DNA from: an uncultured virus (IMG/VR IMGVR_UViG_3300031951_000023)
Taxonomy: Duplodnaviria; Heunggongvirae; Uroviricota; Caudoviricetes
Reading direction: 5' to 3' (one strand)
Virus record (IMG/VR): IMGVR_UViG_3300031951_000023
DNA length: 64,000 bases
Shown piece by piece: positions 54,917 through 64,000 of this stretch. The translations under genes and the position numbers were made by a program. The notes beneath the pieces are model-generated. The model ran no database searches, was not told where the DNA came from, and was given only the letters and a program-made list of their open reading frames with translations. Position 1 is the stretch's first letter. Each line of letters starts with the position of its first letter.

Positions 54917-56302
54917 ATGGGACTAGGTCACTCTCCATCAATTGTCCAAAGTGGTTTGGCGCTTTGCCTTGATCCTGGCAACATCAAAAGCTACTCGGGC
55001 TCTGGGTCTACGATTACCGACTTAAGCGGAGCAGGCAATAATTTTACTTTGAATGGCAGCCCTTACGTCAATTACGGCTTTGGTCGAAGTTTAACCTACA
55101 GCGGCGCTCAAACTTTAAGCTCTTCTTTTACCCCTAGCAACACATGGTCAATATCCATGTGGTTTAACAACACGTCTACTTACAACATCCATAACCGTGG
55201 ATTGTTTTCTACTTACAGCACTTCTAGCTTTAACGGTTGTTATGTTGGTACTACAACAGCCGCAGCTAACTCTATGCGTGTGTGGTACAACTCAAACGGT
55301 TATTCGCTAATAAATTATTCTTTTGCTGTTAACAGCTGGTACCAGTTAACTATAACCTGCGACGGAACCACTTTAGTCGTGTACGTTAACGGCGTAGCTG
55401 TGAACAGCATCACTACCGCCACAACCCACGCAAACACTTTGGCAATTGGTCAAACTAGGTTCGATAACAACTACTGGATTGGTAACATAGGTCAAACTTT
55501 AGTCTATAGTCGTGCGTTGACCGCCTCAGAGGCGTTACAAAATTACAACGCTAGCCGTGGTCGTATTGATAATTTCTATTCTCCGCCGCCTATTACCAGC
55601 AATTTACTTGTCAGCTTAGACGCAGGTAATCCTAACAGCTATTCTGGAAGTGGCACTGCTTGGAACGATATAAGTGGAAACGGCAATAACGCTACGCTTG
55701 TAAACAGCCCTACGTTTGACACAGGTAACGGCGGTAGTTTTGTATTCAATAGGACTACTAATTACGCCACGTTGCCTTTTACTACTACACTGACAAATTG
55801 CACTTTTAATTTTTGGTTTAAAGCTACGTCTACAGCTTCTTACCAATACTTACTCTCGCTAGGAAACGGATCAACGTCTTCTTACGCTTTGCATTTTGAT
55901 ATGAATGACCCTGACTTGGGGTCCACAGGTCAAACTATGTGGGTCTATTGGAATAGCGGAGGCACGCCTTATTCTGCTTTGTCTAGAAGTGGTACTTATG
56001 GAGATTTTCAAGACAGCACCTGGCGTAATTATTGTTTTGTTAGGAACAATAGTGACACTGGAACAATAACTCGTCACTACGTAAACGGAGTTGAGCGAAG
56101 CTCAGGCGTATCTCGAAGTGGGGATCAGACAACACAGTTTGGTAACGGCGCGGGCTATAATTGCCGAATAGCCGTTTTTCATAACGCTGCAAACAATTTT
56201 TTCGGTGGTAACATTGCGTCTGTTCAAATTTATAACGCAGCGCTTTCACCTATCCAAATAGCGCAAAACTTCAACTCTCTGCGCGGGAGGTTCGGGCTAT
56301 GA
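54917..56302 (+). CDS. double LamG/concanavalin A-like domain protein
   Basis: Two LD.GN..SYSGSG...D.SG.GNN units. Confidence 0.8.
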   Translation: MGLGHSPSIVQSGLALCLDPGNIKSYSGSGSTITDLSGAGNNFTLNGSPYVNYGFGRSLTYSGAQTLSSSFTPSNTWSISMWFNNTSTYNIHNRGLFSTYSTSSFNGCYVGTTTAAANSMRVWYNSNGYSLINYSFAVNSWYQLTITCDGTTLVVYVNGVAVNSITTATTHANTLAIGQTRFDNNYWIGNIGQTLVYSRALTASEALQNYNASRGRIDNFYSPPPITSNLLVSLDAGNPNSYSGSGTAWNDISGNGNNATLVNSPTFDTGNGGSFVFNRTTNYATLPFTTTLTNCTFNFWFKATSTASYQYLLSLGNGSTSSYALHFDMNDPDLGSTGQTMWVYWNSGGTPYSALSRSGTYGDFQDSTWRNYCFVRNNSDTGTITRHYVNGVERSSGVSRSGDQTTQFGNGAGYNCRIAVFHNAANNFFGGNIASVQIYNAALSPIQIAQNFNSLRGRFGL

Positions 56303-57672
56303 GTGCTGAGTTCAAAGCTCTTGGCTCTTACGCTGGACCTGAGATTGCAGACTCTGGTTTGGTTGTCTCTTTAGACGCTGGTAACACCAAGAGTTACCCA
56401 GGTAGTGGTACTACTTGGACTGATTTAACAGGTAACGGTCTCAACGCCACCATAGGCAATAGTCCAGTTTTTTCTTACATGAACAGCGGTATTCTTACAT
56501 ACTCTGGAGCTACTGCTGGGGCTACCGCTACAGGCACATCGTCTTTGTTTAACGTCGGCACAGGCGACTTCACTCTAGAGTGTTGGGCTAAAGTATCTAG
56601 CTTCGCGCCCTATTCTCTTCCCGTTTCTTTGGACGATAATCTTAACGGCAACGGCATCATTTACTACTTGGCTGCTTCGCCATACAACTTTCGCACCTGG
56701 ATAGGCAACACGGCGAACAACAGCGTTACTCAAATTACCACAAATACTTGGTATCACTTGGTAATATCCAGGCTCTCAGGCACTGTGTCTAAGTATATAA
56801 ACGGTGTTTTGGACAGCACGCATACTGCTGCTGGTTCGCTAGCCACGGGCCAATCGATAAAAATAGGTTGGCGCTACGACGCTTCTTATAACTTCACTGG
56901 ATCAATAGGAGAGGTAAGCTTCTACAACGCAGCAATGACAGCGGCTCAAGTTGCTCAAAACTACAGTGCAACCAGTAGTCGCTATCTAGGGTCTCCGATT
57001 TCACTTCCAGACATTCCTGGTATGAAGTTATGGCTTGACGCATCTGATTCTGGAACACTTTTCTCAGACACCGCCGGAACTACTTTGGCTTCAGCTGACG
57101 GCACAGCAGTCGCTTTGTGGAAAGATAAAAGCGGTAATTTAAATCATGCCAGTCAAGCAACATCAGCTAATAGACCGCTTGTTAAGTTAGGTATACAAAA
57201 CAATTTAAGTGTTTTGCGCTTCGACGGCAGCAATGACTTCATTCAACCTTCTAGTTTTGCTATAGGTCCTGAACCCGTTACAATTTTTACTGTGTTTAAA
57301 ACTAACAGCACAGGCTATCACAGCATCTATGACACGTCTGGTTCTAGGCCAATGATGTGGATTGATAGTAGTGGAAGAATAGAATTAGACTACCCCAGCA
57401 CATACACTGTTTCATCTAGTGTTTTAAATTCAAATACGTTGTTTACTTATGTGAATGCTTCTTCAGGAGGGGGTTTAAGGTTAAATGGTTCAACTATAGT
57501 CTCAAGCTACAACACTAGCCTGTCTTCATCAGCAACAACTTTTTTTAATAGAAGCGGTGGGCAGACTTACAGAGGTGATTTCTACGAGATGCTCATTTAT
57601 AATTCAGCTTTAACGTTGAATCAACAACAACGCGTAGAGGCCTACCTTAACACAAAGTGGAACATTTATTGA
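56299..57672 (+). CDS. LamG/concanavalin A-like two-domain protein
   Basis: LDAGNTKSYPGSG; GDFTLECW; WYHLVISR; second domain LWLDASD...WKDKSGN...VEAYLNTKW. Confidence 0.8.
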   Translation: MSAEFKALGSYAGPEIADSGLVVSLDAGNTKSYPGSGTTWTDLTGNGLNATIGNSPVFSYMNSGILTYSGATAGATATGTSSLFNVGTGDFTLECWAKVSSFAPYSLPVSLDDNLNGNGIIYYLAASPYNFRTWIGNTANNSVTQITTNTWYHLVISRLSGTVSKYINGVLDSTHTAAGSLATGQSIKIGWRYDASYNFTGSIGEVSFYNAAMTAAQVAQNYSATSSRYLGSPISLPDIPGMKLWLDASDSGTLFSDTAGTTLASADGTAVALWKDKSGNLNHASQATSANRPLVKLGIQNNLSVLRFDGSNDFIQPSSFAIGPEPVTIFTVFKTNSTGYHSIYDTSGSRPMMWIDSSGRIELDYPSTYTVSSSVLNSNTLFTYVNASSGGGLRLNGSTIVSSYNTSLSSSATTFFNRSGGQTYRGDFYEMLIYNSALTLNQQQRVEAYLNTKWNIY

Positions 57673-57723
57673 CCAGATTAAGCGCTTTAAGCTTTTATTT
57701 CTGGCTTTTAGCTGGAGTGAACA

Positions 57724-61620
<3,897 letters not shown>

Positions 61621-61635
61621 TAGGAGGATACTTCT

Positions 61636-61902
61636 ATGGCTGGAATCAGCAGACGATGCAAGCGCAGGCCGAACTCTGGCGTTGGTGGTTGCACAAATGG
61701 AGGAGCAGGCTCTCCTCCAGCGCTGTACCCTAGCTCTACAGGCGTTATCAAAGCTAGCGTTACAAACCCATACGCGCCACCACCTAGAAGACCTCCAACA
61801 AGAGTGGCGCAAGCAGGCAACCAGGTTATCCTGTCGTTCAATCAGCCTGTTGTGGCAGCTACCACAGGCATCACTGTCAAGGTAACGAAAGGCACAGGAT
61901 GA
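61636..61902 (+). CDS. hypothetical protein
   Basis: AGGAGG RBS; 88 aa. Confidence 0.6.
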   Translation: MAGISRRCKRRPNSGVGGCTNGGAGSPPALYPSSTGVIKASVTNPYAPPPRRPPTRVAQAGNQVILSFNQPVVAATTGITVKVTKGTG

Positions 61903-62318
61903 CAACTCAAGAGCCTTGGTACAAAGACGGCCTGCGTTTTGAATGCACCAAGTGCGGTGACTGCTGCAAGTCTTGGGAAGGGTCGATATGGCTGGTAGGT
62001 GACGATCTTAGCGTGCTGGCTAAGCATTTGAACATGCCTGAGCAAGAAGTTGCTATCAAGTATACAAACAATAATTTTGAAGACTTGCAGATACAAAGAA
62101 AGACAAATGGTGAGTGCCCGTTCCTAGCCAACGGAACAACCTGTTCAGTATATGATGCTCAACCAAACCAATGTCGCTCCTATCCTTTTATGCGACTTAT
62201 TGAAAACTCACAAGAAAACTGGAACAATATCACAAAAAAGTGCCCTGGAGCCAACCAAGGCACTTTGATAGACGCTAATGAGATTACGGCTAGAATAAAG
62301 AAATCTATAAAGTTCTAA
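61899..62318 (+). CDS. YkgJ-family CxxCxxCC metal-binding protein
   Basis: LRFECTKCGDCC...CPFL....CSVYDAQPNQCRSYPF...CPG. Confidence 0.85.
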   Translation: MTTQEPWYKDGLRFECTKCGDCCKSWEGSIWLVGDDLSVLAKHLNMPEQEVAIKYTNNNFEDLQIQRKTNGECPFLANGTTCSVYDAQPNQCRSYPFMRLIENSQENWNNITKKCPGANQGTLIDANEITARIKKSIKF

Positions 62319-62329
62319 GGAGCCGACAA

Positions 62330-63283
62330 ATGGCTATCATGACATCGCCGCCTCCAGACACTAGCACAACATCTAGCTCGTCAAGCTCTACCAGTACGAC
62401 TACTACAACAACGACCACAACGACAACAACCACAACAACTACGACGACCACTACAACAGCTGGGCCGATAACAGCTGGCATAACGCTCAACACAGCAGAT
62501 TCAGACGCTTCTGATCAAACTATTGTTTTGGACATCTCAGGCGTAACGATAGAAGCAAACGACAGCGTTGAGATTATTCTCGCGGCCAATGGAGTTCAGT
62601 CAGCCCTAGATGGAAGCTACGTCGCGGCTGTTACGTTGGCTAACACAGACATAGAGAACGAGTACGGCTTGAAGCTGCACCTAGACGCTTTGAACTACAA
62701 GAGCTACCCAGGCACAGGCTCAACCTGGTTTGATCTGAGTGAAAGCGGTAATAACGCTACTATTTACAACGGAACTTTTGTTACCACTAACTACGGAGGA
62801 ATAAGCTTTAGTGGTAGTAGCAGCAGCTACGCTGAAATTGCAAATAATTCTTTAGTGACTGGGCAGTTTACTATAGTTGTAGCTATAACTTTAAATAATA
62901 CCACTGGTGGCAACATCATAGGCAACTACGGTGTCGGCTATACTAGCAATACTCTTCAACTAAACAATATTGGAGGGCTGTATTTAAACTCGTACACGCC
63001 TAACTGGTCTACTAACTTAACTGCTTCAACGTTTATAATTGCGGCTACTAGAGACGCTTCAAACAACACAAAGCTCTATAAAAACGGAACATTGAATGCT
63101 AGTTCTACCAACACTGCTACCATATCAACTGGTCAGAACTGGAGACTGGCCGCTGACGTCGGTAGCGGAGCAGAGCCTTTAAACGCCACATTCTATATGG
63201 TAAGGGTTTACGACAAAGCCCTCTCTTCCACAGGCATATCCAATCTGTATAATCGTCTCAAAGGTCGGTACGGTCTGACATAG
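62330..63283 (+). CDS. LamG-like protein with N-terminal Ser/Thr mucin-like tract
   Basis: 21-Thr tract at 62396-62458; GLKLHLDALNYKSYPGTGSTWFDLS...KGRYGL. Confidence 0.8.
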   Translation: MAIMTSPPPDTSTTSSSSSSTSTTTTTTTTTTTTTTTTTTTTTAGPITAGITLNTADSDASDQTIVLDISGVTIEANDSVEIILAANGVQSALDGSYVAAVTLANTDIENEYGLKLHLDALNYKSYPGTGSTWFDLSESGNNATIYNGTFVTTNYGGISFSGSSSSYAEIANNSLVTGQFTIVVAITLNNTTGGNIIGNYGVGYTSNTLQLNNIGGLYLNSYTPNWSTNLTASTFIIAATRDASNNTKLYKNGTLNASSTNTATISTGQNWRLAADVGSGAEPLNATFYMVRVYDKALSSTGISNLYNRLKGRYGLT

Positions 63284-63293
63284 AAAGGCTGTC

Positions 63294-64000
63294 ATGTCCC
63301 CCAAGCTCACTATCGGCATGGCTAACTGGGATGACCCAGAAGGCGCGTTCTGGACCCTCACTTCCATACGCCAGTACCACGTCAAAGCAGAAAGAACAGA
63401 CGTAGAGCTTCTTGTCATAGACGACATGCCTGAGAAGCAGCAAGACCTAGAAAACGTGTGCAACAACTCTGGAGCCAGGTACGTTCACCACTCCAAGAAC
63501 AAAGGTCCAGCACACGCCAAAGATTCTGTGTGGGAACACGCCAAAGGCGACTATGTTCTTCTAGTAGACAGTCATGTTCTGCTAGCTCCATGTTCTGTGC
63601 AATACATCATCGACGCTATCGACAGCGACCTAATAGGCAAAGACCTTTGGACAGGTCCGTTGCTGAACGAGCGTGGTCACATGATCGCGTCTGAGCTGCT
63701 ACCAGAATGGCGCGGAGACTTCTTTGGCGTATGGCACACAGACCCAGAACTGCCAAAGATAAAGATCAAAGAGATTGAAGGACATGGCTCTGCTTACACG
63801 CTTATGAAGCGTGAACACTATCCATACTTTAGCAAGCACTTTAAAGGTTTTAGCGCAGAAGAGCTTTACTTACATCAAAAAGTGAGGAATAATGGAGGTA
63901 AGTGTTACGTTCATTTAGACCTAGGCTGGGTTCATAGGTTTTACAGGTCAAAACCAATCACCTATGCTTTAACCCTTAATGATAAGTTTCATAATTACCT
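63294..64000 (+). CDS. GT-A glycosyltransferase resembling polypeptide GalNAc-transferases (truncated at window end, not in ORF track)
   Basis: Manual translation is open to nt 64000: MSPKLTIGMANWDD...ELLVIDD...AKGDYVLLVDSHV...GFSAEELYLHQKVRNNGGKCYVHLDLGWVHRFYRSKPITY. Confidence 0.8.
   Translation, partial: MSPKLTIGMANWDDPEGAFWTLTSIRQYHVKAERTDVELLVIDDMPEKQQDLENVCNNSGARYVHHSKNKGPAHAKDSVWEHAKGDYVLLVDSHVLLAPCSVQYIIDAIDSDLIGKDLWTGPLLNERGHMIASELLPEWRGDFFGVWHTDPELPKIKIKEIEGHGSAYTLMKREHYPYFSKHFKGFSAEELYLHQKVRNNGGKCYVHLDLGWVHRFYRSKPITYALTLNDKFHNY

Noticed and set aside
63458..63694. 78-aa plus-strand ORF
   Set aside because: Alternative frame inside the truncated glycosyltransferase that starts at 63294

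Overview
This 64 kb window reads as part of a large dsDNA bacteriophage genome. It is gene-dense, almost entirely on the + strand, and uses the standard code (TAA, TAG and TGA all act as stops). No tRNA, rRNA or CRISPR array was seen, and no terminase or major capsid gene was recognised. Layout: (1) 1-4 kb, small accessory genes, including a tandem family of DUF551-like paralogues with shared DNA, an endonuclease VII-like gene and a degenerate rolling-circle Rep-like gene. (2) 4-6.3 kb, host-like genes: bifunctional hldE, and an inverted csrA plus sulfotransferase-like pair. (3) 6.4-31.8 kb, replication, recombination and nucleotide metabolism: SbcD/SbcC, an IS110/Nop-domain-like protein, SF2 helicase, DnaB-like helicase, primase, UDG-like domain fused to PolA, dcd, gp32-like SSB, RecA-like, thyX, DEDDh exonuclease, RuvC-like resolvase and acyl carrier protein. 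(4) 33-45 kb, putative portal, a methyltransferase/glycosyltransferase cluster, HNH and a 1344-aa probable virion protein. (5) 45-64 kb, Gly-X-Thr collagen-like fibres, LamG-domain proteins and a truncated glycosyltransferase resembling polypeptide GalNAc-transferases. Best leads: a candidate phage-encoded O-glycosylation system for Thr-rich fibres; a Tas/Nop-like IS110-derived protein inside the replication module; a fibre domain split across two genes; and competing RNA helices with an anti-Shine-Dalgarno upstream of the recA-like gene. All functional calls come from motif recognition by eye, without database searches.
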